A stretch of DNA of 49,745 bases, the filler included, from Jimgerdemannia flammicorona (lineage: Eukaryota), in NCBI GenBank assembly GCA_003990765.1. It is 2 parts of 2 records of this genome, joined end to end, with 100 filler letters (N's around TTAATTAATTAA, not from the genome) between each part and the next. Parts side by side here need not be neighbours in the genome. Positions count along the whole stretch, not along the records: positions 1 to 24,824 come from RBNJ01000920.1; 1 more part is not named here. One strand, 5' to 3'. The notes under the pieces are model-generated. The model saw only the letters and a list, made by a program, of their open reading frames with translations, was not told where the DNA came from and ran no database searches. Positions within the stretch are counted from its first letter, which is position 1. Every line of letters begins with the position of its first letter. Position numbers and translations under genes: made by a program. Shown here piece after piece: positions 1-13,131 of this stretch.

Positions 1-2237
1 AAAAAAAAGCAATATACTCTGGATGCTATCGAAGGATTCTTCCATTGTTGGTGGCTTGGTAGAACACTACTGTCTTTTGATGGCTCACTGGGCTGTGCTA
101 GTAATTCTGAGGGCAGCAGTATTACTTCATTAACTAGTCATGATACTTCTTGAGTCGGTTTCAGTAGATAGTAGTGGGGATGATTGTGCCTGAGAGTTTT
201 TGTAGCCAAAAGGTGGTTCCTTTTATATCTTGCACAAGGTAAGATCCTTCCCACTTGGGCTCCAGTTTTCGTGACCATGAGGCTTCTATCATGTTCTGAT
301 ATACCAGGACTTTGTCTCCTATCTTGATAATCTCTAGGGATTTGTGGGTTTTTTCTGTATTCTTCCATTATAGTGCCTGTGCCTTCATTATGTAATCCTC
401 AGCCTTCTTCCTAATTTAGTACAGTCTCCATATTTCTCCATCCACATGTTTCCATACAGCATCCCTATTGGATGATAGGGTTTCTTGAGAACTTTCTTCT
501 CCAAACAGTATTTCTCGAGGGGTAAAGTGGGTACTTTGTGATCTGATATCTTGGAGAACAGATAATGTTATTGGCAGATAGTGATCACAGTTTTCATAGT
601 TATCACAGATCTTGGCAATAACATTCTTGAGAGTCTTGTTAGTCCTTTCTGCTTATTCATTTCCTTGAGAGTGATAGGCTGCAGTCCAAATGTACTGGAT
701 CTTGTACTTCTCATAGAGAACCTCAAAGAACTGGTTCACAAATTCTATTCCTCTATCTGTAGTTACTTGCATTGGGGTCTTGAACTGGCAGATGATTTCT
801 TTGTGGAAGAAATCAGTGATTAACTGTATATTGGCTTCCTTGAGGGGTCCTGCTTCTATCTACTTTGTAAAAAGGTCTATGATGACAATGATATATTGGT
901 TACCAGTCAGGGTCAAGGGTAGAGGACTGATTACATCTATTGCTATGTGGGCAAATGGTACTGGTTCTATATGTGCTGATCCTGGGGCTTGGTTTTGTTG
1001 GTCTTGTTTCTATTTCTAGTATTTGTCACAGGTTTTGACAAATTGTCTGATATCTTTCTCTATTCCTGGCCACCATATCATTCTTCTTGCCTTGTCATAT
1101 GTATTCATTCCTCCTAGATGACTAAGTTCATATACTGATTTCATTGCTTGCTCCTTCTTGTGTTCTGGTATGACTAGTAGTTTTCCTTTCTTCAGTATTT
1201 GTCCATCAGTTTTGAATTGTTTCTATATTCTGTTGATAATTGTTTGTATCCATTCTTCCAGATGTTGGGGCATCTTTTGCTGTCCCAGATATGTGATGAT
1301 TCCATAGTAGAGCTCCTTATTCATAATTGATTTATTGGTTGGAGGTATTTCGAGGTGTCTATGAGAGAGCATCTGTATTGGAATTTGTCCTTTCAGGGTG
1401 ATATATAATGGTTACATCATAGGCTTGTAACTTTATTATCTATCTGACATAGATTTCTTTGGGTTGTCCAGTTATCAGTAGTCAGGTAAGAGCTGAGTGG
1501 TCCATCTGAATGGTGAAGTATCTTCCAGCCAGATAGTAGTGGAACTTTTCCATAGCCCAGATGACTATGAGGCATTCCAACTTGTAGGATTCATATTCTT
1601 TTTCAGCTCCTCAGGTTCCTTGGCTTAGGTATGCAATGATATACTCTTTTTTGTCTTCCTTTTGAGCTAGAACCACTCCTAGTCCTTGTACACTTGCATC
1701 TGTCTGAAGGATAAACTCTTGGATCCAATTGAGTCATCTGAGGGTGGGTGCCTGGATCAGTCTGATCTTGAGTTCATCAAATGCTTTTTGTTGTCTGCCA
1801 GTCCACTGGAACTTAGTGTCCTTTTTGTTGAGTTCATAGATTGGACCTGTAATATTAGAGAATCCTCTGATAAATCTGCAATAGTAGAAGACAAGTCCCA
1901 TAAAGGCTTGGGCTTCTGTAACAGTGGTGGGCCTTAGGTATGCTACTACTGCTTGTATCTTGAGGGGGTCCATGTGCATTCCATCTCAATTGATAACATG
2001 GCCAAGGTAGGAGATCTCGATTTCTGCAAATTTACATTTCTTAGACTTGATATATAGGCCATACTTTCTCAGTCTTTTCATTATCTGCTATATGTACTGC
2101 AGGTATTCCTCAGGTGTCTTGCTGTAGATAATTATGTCATCAATATAGACCATCATCCATCTTCCTATATCATAGTGAAAGATTTTGTTCATCATTCGCT
2201 GAAAGCTTGCTAGAGCATTGCACATCCCAAATGGCAT

Positions 2238-3215
2238 TCATAGGTAGATGTAGATTCTGTCTGGAGTGATGAAGACTGACTTTTCACTTACCATCTCTGT
2301 GAGTCCAATTTGGTGGAATCCTGAGTATAAGTCCAAGGTACTATAGTACTGTGCTTCATCTCCCAGTGTTATAAAGATGTCACTGATGAGGGGTAGTGAT
2401 TGGTGATCCTTCTTAGTAACTATATTGAGCTTTCTGTAGTCAACACAGAGTCTTGGGGTGAATTCTCCAGGTTTGCTTCCTTTTTTTGAGACTAGTATAA
2501 CTGGTGAAGACCAGGGGCTACTGGTTTCTTTGATAATACCAGCTTCTTCTATCTGCTTGATTTCTTCTCTGAGCCATTCTCGGTAGGCTGGTGGGACAGG
2601 TCTTGCCTTCTGGTAAATTGGTTTGGTGTCTCTGATATCTACCTCATGATAGTAGTATGGGGTCTTTCCCTTGATATCCTTGAAATCCATGGTGAGGACA
2701 TCCTTGAATTTGTGGAGTATTTTCTTGAGTTCTTCCTTGAGTGGAAATTCATTTCTAATGGTGTAACTGTGCTTGTTTGTGATTTCCTCCTTCTTATGCT
2801 CCAGTTCAGTGATCTTGGTACTGGCAAATACTCCTCTTCCTATGGATCCGAATCCTTTCTTTCCTCTTTTTGTTTTCTCCAAATTCTTGACTTCTATGAT
2901 CCTTGGTTGTAGGATTAGAAAGATCAACATCTGTGCCAATTGGTCCTTCTTCTTGATTGGGAATAGGATTATAGGATTGTGATTCCTAGTAATGAGCAGG
3001 ATTTCTCCAATATAGTCAGAATTGATGACTCCTCCTTCAATTGTAATTTTGCTTCTAGCCAGGCTGCTTCTTGTCTTAAGGATCCTGACATGATCCTTTG
3101 GGATAGTCATCTCCAGTCCAGTTGTAAGTAGGGTGGTTGTTTGGGGTTCTAGTATAGCTTCTTCTACCATAGTGATGTCTATTCCAGCTGTATTTTCTGA
3201 CTTGTATTCTGGCAA
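2238..3215 (-). pseudogene. dUTPase + N-terminal reverse transcriptase fragment of Gypsy pol
   Basis: dUTPase motifs AGIDI, RSSLA, GGVINSDYIGEI, RGKKGFGSIG; RT motifs SSPWSSPV, RLCVDYRKLN, LDLYSGFHQI. Confidence 0.93.
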
Positions 3216-5420
3216 GACTGCATCAGGGTGGGTCCTTCAGATCTTGACCTTAATTTCTTCTTCATCATCACTGTCCTCCAGGAGGGCTGGTGGTTCATCA
3301 TCTTCCTCCTCCTTCTCTTCTCTGACCTGTTTTTCGAGAGCTTTCTGTCTTCTTTCCTGGTGGATTTTCTTGATTCTGATGGTGCACTGGTAGCAATCAT
3401 TGACATGCTCCATACAGTACATCTTGATTCCATGAGAACAGACTCCTTATGGTATATAGCCTTCTGTGATCTTCTTACACCATTCTTCTTCACTCATCCA
3501 TCCAACTTTCTTCTTCAGAGTAGTCACCATATAAGCTTCCTCTTGTTCGCTCTCTTCTTCCTCCATGTCAGGCAAGACTTCTTTGTTGACATTGATGGAA
3601 ATTCATATCTTCTGTCTCTGATAGGTGATTTGCATCTTCTGGGCATTGAGATCGATTACTGCTCTGGCTTTGTGAAGCCATTAATTGCCAATGAGGATGT
3701 CATAGTTGGTGGTATTGGTTACAATTACATCTACTGGAATGGTTGCTCCTCCGATCTTGATGGGGACTTCTTGGATCTTTCCCAGAGGGGTGGCTCTTGT
3801 GCCATCTACTGTGACAAAAACCAACTTAGTTGCTTCTTCAACTTCCCAGCCTAGGTAGTCTGCTGCTTTCTTGCTGAGGAGACATCCTCCTGCTCTAGTA
3901 TCAATGATGGCTTCAAAGACTCTATCTTCAATTTGGCATATTGCATAGGCAGAGGTTTTGTGATTGTCTTCACTTTCTTCTCCTGAGTCCTCTTGAACAT
4001 TATTGGCCTTGGTTATCTTCCATCCTTACTCCTTGGTTGTTTTGGTAAGTCTGAACCTTATTTGTTATCTGAATGTTGGGATTTCTGTGAGCTGACCAAA
4101 GGTTGCATTGACCTTTTGTTGGCTAAGGTCCTTGAAGATATCATACTTGAAAGTCTTGGTCTTGCAAAGTTTCTTTTCTTTTTCTCCTTTGCTGGCTGGA
4201 GTAGTTTCTCAGATAATATCTTGAACTGCTTGCTCTAGCTCCATATCTTGGTCCATTTCTTCAGCTTGGCTTTCGGTGGCCATTTCCATCTGCTTTTCTA
4301 CTGGGTTCTTCTTGGGTCTTCCTGGTGGTCTCTTATAGGGTTCCTTGCAAACATCCTTCTTGGTAGTCTGAGCAGGATAGGCCTCTCATTCTTCTTCATC
4401 AGAATCTCCAATTTCCTCAAAGATAATTGTATTGGCCTGCTCTTTGTTTCATGTAGCATTGCTTGGTTGAGTCTTGTACTTGGTTTCACTCATGCATTCA
4501 TAGAAGTAGTGGCCTTCTTCTCTGCAGGTGTAGCAGGTACCTTTCTTCTTGTCCAAGGTGGCAATAAACTTCTGAACTGGGTGGCGGTTTCTTCTTTGGA
4601 TTTCTTTTATCATATCTCCCAGGTGGGCAGTCATTTCAGTGAACCTCTTAGTAAGTTCCTCTATAGGGTCACTGTTCTTTTGCTACTCTGTAGTTTTTGG
4701 CTGAGGTGTGTTTCGATTGATCATTGTAGTAGGAATCACACTGGTTGCCTTGGGTGTTTCGATTCTGACCCCTGTGACTCTTTCCATTGTATGGTCTTGT
4801 GGGTGTCTGGCTGTCCAATATCACTGAGCATAGATGACCTTTTGTGGTAGATCCAAGACTACTGGTGATGAACAGATGGCCATGACTATCTCTGGGTGAA
4901 CTCCTTTCATGAAGATTGCTTTGGCTACTTGATCTCGGATAACAGCAGCATAATCTGTGAGGATTATCTGATATCGAATTCTGGTATAGAATGTGTTTGG
5001 ATCCTCACTCATTCCTTAGCATGTTGTGTTGAGCTGATCCTTTAGGACTTGCTTGATCTCATCTATATAATATATATTTCAGAGCCAGGTCTTCTGTGCT
5101 GTCAGTATAGTATCAGCATTATTTCTTGCATGGATTGCAGCTGTGAATGCTGCTCTGGCAGAACCTTGTAGGCTGAAGGGCATGAGAGCTACTTGCTGTA
5201 CTGCTGTCAGGGTCCTTACAGTGACATATTGCTCAAAATCATCAATGAAGGTAATGATTGATTTACCTGAGATATACCCATGGAATACTGGTGGTCTTAT
5301 ATCTATTTTGTCTAAGTATTGTGGCTCAGTTTATATAGTTGCTCAGATAGTAGTGGTTGTTTATTGTTCAGCTTGAAAGTGAGAGATTCTACTTGAATCA
5401 CTAGCCAATGGACACCAAGT

Positions 5421-5884
5421 TGTAACATAGCAGACACTTACTCTTGAAGTATGTCAGATTTCTATATCTTGAATACTTGATCTTCTCTGACTCCTCGGAG
5501 TCCTTAGGATATAGGGATAGATGAGTTTGAAGTATATCTGCCTGCAGGCTTACTAGTTCCTTTGCTATCTCTTTGCTTTTGAACTATTTCAATCTGAGGT
5601 TTATTCACTCTAAGATACTGAGTTATTTATATAAGTTTGCTAACTATAAGGTGGCTAAGTAATGGCTCATTTTGCAAGTATTGAATCTTTTAGCATCTGC
5701 TAAGATTTCACTGATTATGAAGATTCTAACATCTCCTAAATCTTTGCAAACATTAAAGTTTCTGCACTTTGTGAAATATGACTGCTATTTATAAGGCTAA
5801 GCTATATTGGGAATTGGATTCAGGTACTACGATCAAGTATCTAATTTCCCTGTTTTATGTTACTAATTCGGATCAACCATCACA
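5421..5884 (-). repeat. 5' LTR of Gypsy copy 1 (U3 subtype A)
   Basis: tgtaac...atcaca termini. The PBS-proximal half matches the copy 2 LTRs and the distal half matches the LTR at 40292-40773. TATA-like ccttataaatag on the minus strand at ~5785-5796. Confidence 0.9.
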
Positions 5885-5889
5885 ATAAT

Positions 5890-7150
5890 AATAAGCTACT
5901 AGAAATTTCAATAAAATTTTCAATAGAATTACCAATAGAAATTATAATGAAATTTTTAAAGAAAATTTCAAAATAGTAGTTATATATTATATATAGTATA
6001 ACTATATATAAATATATTCAGTATATCATATTTAGCTATAATTTAATTAGTATAAATATTCTTTATATTGAGTATATTATAATCTTAGCTCAGCTTTTCT
6101 CTCTCAAGAATAAAGAAGTATTCTTATTAAAGAACTCTTAGATCCAACTTATTAATAATTTATATAAGAATCTGAAAGTGATATTTGAACTATACCTCAG
6201 TAACAGGTACTTAGAACTTAATACTTTTTGATAGAACTCAAAACCTAGAGCTGATAGTCTATCTTAAATTATCTATAATATATATATTAATTCTATTAAT
6301 ATAGTTTTATTATAATTTAGTAGTAGCTGGTATATAGTTTCTCTTACTCATGAGTAATCTCTCTTAAATATCTACTATAAATATAGATAACTCTATAAGA
6401 ACCTATTCAATATTACCAATACTGATAGTAATAATTAAGAAATACTTTTACTCTAACTACTTCTCAGAACTTAGTCAAAGAAGCTAATAAAATTATTATC
6501 AAATAGACTGAAACCCATATTAGTTAAGAGAAATTTGATATACTCAATAATAAGACTATATAAAAAATATTTAATACATTTATAATACTTAACAAAGTTA
6601 TCTATACTAAAGATATTAAAGAAGAGTTTAAAAAGTTAATTAGTAGTAATTTCGATAAAAAATATATATGAGAATCTATCAAAGCTATAAATAAACTTTT
6701 TTTAAACTTTCTCTCTAATAATAGCTACAATAAAGCCAAGGTCTTTCTAAACTATAAGAGATATTATACTAACTATAAAAATCTCATCTCTATTATTAAG
6801 ACCTCTATATATATAAATAAAGATAATCTAATACTAAGAACTACAAACTGCCAGACTTAGTGAAGTCCTTACCACATCATCCTAATTTAGAAAAGTAATT
6901 AAAAAAAACATCTGAACCTAATACTGATAGTCTTAGTATTATTATAAATATACTACTAAGATGATAAAAGACCTAGCAGTAACTCTATCAAGACTATCAT
7001 TATACAGTTTGATTACTAATTTATCTATCTCAGTAATATTATAGAAAAAATAATTACATACTATGATATAGTACTATTTCTAAGATAATAGTATCCAAAA
7101 AAGATCACTACTACTCTATTATTTAGAAGATAATGAAATAATACTTATAT
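5890..7150 (+). repeat. Highly eroded dispersed repeat (probable LTR + gag 5' part of another retroelement)
   Basis: 5890-6670 aligns in reverse complement with 46755-47190 plus 48400-48770. Extremely AT-rich with no intact ORF. Confidence 0.55.
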
Positions 7151-7154
7151 AGTA

Positions 7155-7790
7155 CACCACACTTATACTCAACCTTTTTGCTACTCCTTTTTAATCTATT
7201 TAATAAAAAAAAAAAAAAAATCAGAAATTGATAGAACATTCTATCAAGTTTAATAAAATGAAGAGCTTTTTTAATTATTACATATAATATTTTAATAAAA
7301 ATAGTTTTTTTATTATTTTATAATAAATATTAAGACCAGTCACAATTTCGGCCTTAAATTAAAGCCAAATTATAAATTACTGGTCACAATTTCAAAGTCA
7401 ATAAAATATTAAATAAGGCTAAAATTATAACTAACTTTAGTAAATCATTTATAATTATATTATTTAAAAAAAAGCTTTTCATTTAAGTAAAGTAGATAAT
7501 ATTTACTATTTAAATTTTTAATAATATATTTTTTTAATATGATCAATATAAAGGAGAAGAGATTTAAAAAATATAAAAATCTATATTAAATAAGTAAAAA
7601 AATAATCTTTATTAAAATATTTTATACAATAATAAAAAAAAAGCTCTTCATTTTATTAAACTCAATAGATTTTTCTATCAATTTCTAGTTTTTATTTTTA
7701 TTTTATTAAATATATTAAAAAGGAGTAGCAAAAAGAAGTGACAAAAAATTAAGCATAAGTTTAGATATAATTATTAATTTGTAACTTAGT
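7155..7790. repeat. Left terminal AT-rich TIR module, itself bounded by ~100-bp inverted repeats
   Basis: 7176-7272 is the reverse complement of ~7635-7735. The module is mirrored at ~24255-24824. Confidence 0.85.
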
Positions 7791-7809
7791 AATTTTGGTA
7801 TTGTTGAAT

Positions 7810-10800
7810 TGGCCAAATTCCCCTTCAAGTGGTCTTAAATCGATTACCAAAAGTGGTCTTAAATTGTATTCATCTTTGTCAAATTCCCCCTTAAGTGGCC
7901 TTAAATCAATTACCAAAAGTGGCCTTAAATTGTATTCCCAAGGTGGATCAATCTACCTCCACCTTCCCCCACTTCTACCCGATCCACCTCCCCCCACTTC
8001 CTCAAGGTGAAGTGGAGGTGGATTGAGTAGAAGTGGGGGAAGGTAGAGGTGGATTGAGTGGAATTGAGGTCCTTCCCCACTTCTACTTGAGAATACGATT
8101 TAAGGCCACTTTTGATAATCAACTTAAGGCCACTTGAAGGAGAATTAGCAAAGGGGAACAATTTTGGTAATCGATGACAAAGAGGAGCTATTCCACCCAA
8201 TCCACCCTCCCCCACTTTCATCTGATCCACCTCCCCCCAGTTCCTTAAGGTGGAGTGGAGGTGGATTGAGTAGAAGTGGGAAAAGGTAGAGATGGATCGA
8301 GTGAAATTGAGGTCCTTCCCCACTTCCACTTGAGGATATAATTTAAGACCACTTTTGGTAATTGATTTAAGACCACTTGAAGGAGAATTTGGGGAATTTG
8401 GTAAAGGGGAACAATTTGGTAATTGATGGCAAAGAGGAGCCATTCCACCCAATCTACCTTCCCCCACTTCCACCCGATCCACCTCTCCCTACTTCCTTAA
8501 GGTGGAGTGGAGGTGGATCGAGTGGAAGTGGGAGAAGGTAGAGGTGGATTGAGTGGATTGAGTGGAATTGAGGTCTTTTCCCACTTCCACTCGAGGATAC
8601 AATTTAAGGCCACTTTTGGTAATCGATTTAAGGCCACTTGAAGGAGAATTTGGGGAATTTGGCAAAGGGGAACAATTTTGATAATCAATAGCAAAGAGGA
8701 GCCATTCCACCTGATCCACCTTTCCCCACTTCCACCTAATCCACCTTCCCCCACTTCCACTCAATCCACCTTCCCCCACTTCTGCCTGATCCACCTCCCC
8801 CCACTTCCTCAAGGTGGAGTGGAGGTAGATCGAGTGAATTGAGTGGAATTGAGGTCCTTCTCTACTTCCACTCGAGAACATAATTTAAGGTCACTTTTGG
8901 TAATAAATTTAAGGCTACTTGAAGGAGAATTTGGGGAATTCAGCAAAGGGGAGCCATTTCACCTGATCTACCTTCTCTTACTTCCACCTGATCCACCTCC
9001 CCCCATTTCCTCAAGGTGGAGTAGAGGTGGATCAAGTGGAAGTGGGGGAAGGTAGAGGTCGATTGAGTGGGTCAAGTGGAATTGAGGTTCTTCCCCACTT
9101 CTACTCAAGAACATAATTTAAGGACACTTTTGGTAATCGATTTAAGGCTACTTGAATTGATTACCAAAAGTGGCCTTAAATTGTGTTCTCAAGTAGAAGT
9201 GGGGAAGGACCTCAATTCCACTCGATCTACCTCTACCTTCCCCCACTTCTACTCGATCCACCTCCACTCCACCTTGAGGAAGTGGGGGGAGGTGGATCGG
9301 GTGGAAGTGGGGGAAGGTGGATCAGATGGAATGGCTCCCCTTTACCATTGATTACCAAAATTGTCCCCCTTTGCCAAATTCCTCAAATTCTCCTTCAAGT
9401 GGCCTTAAATCAATTACCAAAAGTGACCTTAAATTATGTTCTCAAGTAGAAGTGGAGAAGGACCTCAATTCCGCTCAATCCACTTGATCCACCTCTACCT
9501 TCCCTCACTTCTACTCGATCCATCTCCACTCTGCCTTGAGGAAGTGGGGGGAGGTGGATCAGGTAGAAGTGGGAGAAGGTGGATCAGGTGGAATGGCTCC
9601 TCTTTGCCATCAATTACCAAAATTGTTCCCCTTTACTGAATTCCCCAAATTCTCCAAGTGGCCTTAAATCGATTACCAAAAGTAGCCTTAAATTGTTTCC
9701 TCAAGTAGAAGTGGGGAAGGACCTCAATTCTACTTGATCCACTTGATCCACCTCTACCTTTCCCACTTCCACTCAATCCACCTCCACTCCACCTTAAGGA
9801 AGTGGGGAGGTGGATCAGGTGGAAGTGAGGGAAGGTGGATCAGGTGGAATGGCTCCCCTTTGCTATTGATTACCAAAATTGTTCCCCTTTACCGAATTCT
9901 CCAAATTCTCCTTCAAGTGGCCTTAATCATGTTCTCGAGTGGAAGTGGGGAAGAACCTCAATTCCACTCAATCCACTTGATCCACCTCTACCTTTCCCCA
10001 CTTCAACTTGATCCACCTTCTCTACCTTGAGGAAGTGGGGGGAGGTGGATCGAGTGAAATGGCTCCCCTTTGCCATTGATTACCAAAATTGTTCCTCTTT
10101 GCCGAATTCTCCAAATTCTCCTTCAAGTGGCCTTAAATCATGTTCTTGAGTGGAAGTGGAGAAGGATCTCAATTCCACTTGATCTATCTCTACCTTCCTC
10201 CACTTTCACTCAATCCACCTCCACTCCACCTTGAGGAAGTGAGAGGAGGTGGATTGGGTGGAATGGCTCCCCTTTGCCTTCGATTACCAAAATTGTTCTC
10301 CTTTGCCAAATTCTCCAAATTCTCCTTTAAGTGGCCTTAAATCAATTACCAAAAGTGACCTTAAATCATATTCTTGAGTAGAAGTGGGGAAGGCCTCAAT
10401 TCCACTTGATCCATTTAATCCACCTCTACCTTCCCTCACTTCCACTCGATCTACCTCCACTCCACCTTGAGGAAGTGGGGGAAGGTGGATCGGGTAGAAT
10501 GGCTCCCCTTTGCCATCAATTACCAAAATTGTTCTCCTTTGCCGAATTCCCCAAATTCTCCTTCAAGTGGCCTTAAATCGATTACCAAAAGTGATCTTAA
10601 ATTGTGTTCTCGAGTGGAAGTGGGGAAGGACCTCAATTCCACTCGATCCGGAATAATTTTGGTAATCCACCTTCCCCCACTTCTACCCAATCCACCTCCC
10701 CCCACTTCCTCAAGATGGAGTGGAGGTAGATCGAGTGGAATTGAGGTCCTTTCCCACTTCCACTTGAGGACACGATTTAAGGCCACTTTTGGTAATCAAT

Positions 10801-11300
10801 TTAAGGCCACTTGAAGGAGGGGAACAATTTTGGCAAAGGGGAGCCATTCCACCCGATCCACCTACTCCACCTCAAGAAAGTAGAGAGAGGTGAATTGGGT
10901 GGAAGTGGGTTGAGTGGAAGTGGGGGATCAGGTGGAATGGCTCCCCTTTGCCTCAATTACCAGAATTATTCCCCTTTGCTGAATTCTCCAAATTTCCCTT
11001 CAAGTGGCCTTAAATTGATTACCAAAAGTGGTCTTAAATCATATTCACCTTTGCCAATTTCTCCTTCAAGTGGCCTTAAATCATATTCACCTTTGCCAAT
11101 TTCTCCTTCAAGTGGCCTTAAATCGATTACCAAAAGTGGCCTTAAATCATGTTCACCTTTGCCAAATTCCTCTTCAAGTGGCCTTAAATCAATTACCAAA
11201 AGTGGCCTTAAATCGATTATATACCTACTTCCATTGATCTATATTACCTCCACCTTCTCCCACTTCTACTTGATCTACTTCCACCTTCTCCCACTTCTAC
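7810..11300. repeat. Left subterminal modular repeat array (~200-270-bp units, orientation switches)
   Basis: Recurrent motifs AAGTGGCCTTAAATCGATTACCAA, GGAAGTGGGGAAGGACCTCAATTCCACTCGATCCACC and GGAATGGCTCCCCTTTGCC. Orientation flips at ~7945, ~9155, ~10650 and ~10880. Confidence 0.95.
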
Positions 11301-12146
11301 TTAATCTCTATTTATTAAATATATTTGATAAGATAGTGTTATTTATGCAATATATCTAGCAGCTAATTCTAAATAATCTGAGAGACATATTGATGTGAAT
11401 GATATGCATATTTTCTAATTATAATAAGATCAATAGAGACTAAAGCTTTTGGAATATTTTGCTTCAATCCAGTCCATGTATAATTGCAATGAGTTCTAAA
11501 TATTATAAATAATAAATATAATAATTAATATTATTATTAAATTATAATTATAATTTAATAATATATATATATTACATACCTGCAATACTTTTTTGCACTA
11601 CTCCAAAAATATTCAATATAATTAAGTTCACAATGGAACTTAGAATAAAAAATACATTTATGCCCTAAGTTTTCAATAATTTCTTGAAGAAGTGGCTTCT
11701 GTGCTTTAAAATCTTCTTGATGAGATAGAATTTGTACAGCACAACAATCTTCTTTCTTGCATTTTTCCTTATATTTTCTTTTTAAATCTTTTCTCTAAAG
11801 ATTTCTTTCTTCAAGTACTTGTTGTAAGTCCTCTGTTTTACTACACAGTTTAACAATTTTATATTTCTTTGGAAATATCATTTCTTGAGTAATATTGTTA
11901 AACTTTGTAGTTCTCATAAGTGGCTGTTTTCTACAGATCCAAGATTCATCTTGTGAGCAAATAAAGCATCTGATGCATACATTGAATATCCTTGACTATG
12001 ATCAAATGCAAATACTACCACACAGTTGGGATGAATAGTATTGAAAATTGGAATAGCATTTTCTTGAATATAATTATATAATATTAATTTATATTGTAAG
12101 TTTTATTAATATATTATTAAATTAAATTGTTATTATATATATATAT

Positions 12147-12632
12147 TGTAACATAGCGGACGCTTACTCTTGAAAGTACGTTGGATTTCTGTATCTTGAA
12201 AACTTGACTGTTCTGACTCTCGCAGAGTCTCTTGAAGTTACAGGGGAGGGTGGGTGAGTTCGAAGTGTATCTGCCTGTAGGCTTACTAGTTCCTTTGCTT
12301 ATCTCTTTGCTTTGAACTATTTTGATCTGAGGTTTATTCACTCAAAGATACTGGGTTATTTATACAAGTTTGCTAGCTATGAGATGGCTACTGAGTTATG
12401 TGGCTGAGTTATGAGTCATTTAGACAATGTCCAGAAACTTAGACAATGTCAAAATGCTATACTAAATCAGGACATTCGATTTAGATAATGTCTAAAATTT
12501 AGATAATGTCTAAGAAATTAGACAATGTCGAAATCGAGGACTGCTAACTATAATGCTATACTACTTTGGGAATGGGTGTGATCAAGTGTCTATTCCCTAT
12601 TTCCTTCTTCCAAATCTGGCTGTACCGTCACA
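12147..12632 (-). repeat. 3' LTR of Gypsy copy 2
   Basis: Direct repeat of 18414-18899, with internal tagacaatgtc repeats. Confidence 0.97.
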
Positions 12633-12642
12633 ACTTCCTCCT
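12633..12642 (-). other. Polypurine tract (AGGAGGAAGT)
   Basis: Purine run immediately upstream of the 3' LTR on the minus strand. Confidence 0.8.
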
Positions 12643-12696
12643 GAATAGATGGTCTCATCCCTGAGGCATCTATTCAAACTCCCAGGCTTCAATGGT

Positions 12697-13131
12697 CTAT
12701 ATGGTCTTGTACTGTGCGATTTGCTGCATAACTGTTTCCCAATGATATCTTCTCACCTTCTCAAAGTCAGTAGGGGTTACTCCTCTCAGGTGGTCTATCG
12801 CTGCTTCATCTTCTCGGAATAGCTTGTGGATCCTTTTGGCAATAGTGATCTGTGAGTGGGAGAGTTGACACTCGGCAATCCAGTCCTCCTTGGTCTTTGC
12901 TAGATCCTGGTTGAGCACGTGTCTAAGCTTGAAGTACTCTTGGAATTCTGCCTGATATTGATAGGCTCTAAAGTGTGAGATCCTTGAGAGATGAGTCTGC
13001 ACAATACTCTGAATATCCTCATAGAATGGCTCTATGGTCGGAGGCTTGGTGGTGTGCCATTGTCTTTCGATGGCTCTTTGAGCAGCACTAGTGATCTTGA
13101 GTGTCATTGCAGTGCTTTTGTTACTGGCCAT
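12697..13131 (-). CDS. Extra retrotransposon ORF3 (144 aa, unknown function) in env position
   Basis: Open frame between IN and PPT, with its ATG overlapping the IN end. A homologous in-frame remnant is present in copy 1 (1-141). Confidence 0.75.
   Translation of the reverse strand: MASNKSTAMTLKITSAAQRAIERQWHTTKPPTIEPFYEDIQSIVQTHLSRISHFRAYQYQAEFQEYFKLRHVLNQDLAKTKEDWIAECQLSHSQITIAKRIHKLFREDEAAIDHLRGVTPTDFEKVRRYHWETVMQQIAQYKTI

Larger units (their letters stand above)
1..5884 (-). mobile_element. Ty3/Gypsy LTR retrotransposon copy 1 (dUTPase-containing), degenerate; runs off the window start
   Basis: Colinear with copy 2 (12147-18899). Minus strand shows gag CCHC (CYTCREEGHYFYEC), protease region, dUTPase-RT ORF 2238-3215, RNaseH and integrase fragments with many C>T/G>A stops. 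5' LTR 5421-5884 (TGT...ACA) and PBS-like sequence at ~5400-5417. Confidence 0.95.

Noticed and set aside
581..5376. Plus-strand ORFs over the Gypsy copies (also 13571-18369)
   Set aside because: Antisense to gag-pol and not consistently open between copies.
7810..11300. CRISPR-like regularly repeated palindromic motifs
   Set aside because: The intervening sequences are themselves repeats rather than unique spacers, there are no cas genes, and the context is eukaryotic.
7795..11359. Many 60-185 aa ORFs in the left array (and up to 280 aa at 21090-23941)
   Set aside because: Translations of a non-coding modular repeat on both strands, with no domain signal.
12697..13131. ORF3 as an envelope gene
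   Set aside because: Too short and lacks a signal peptide or transmembrane segment.
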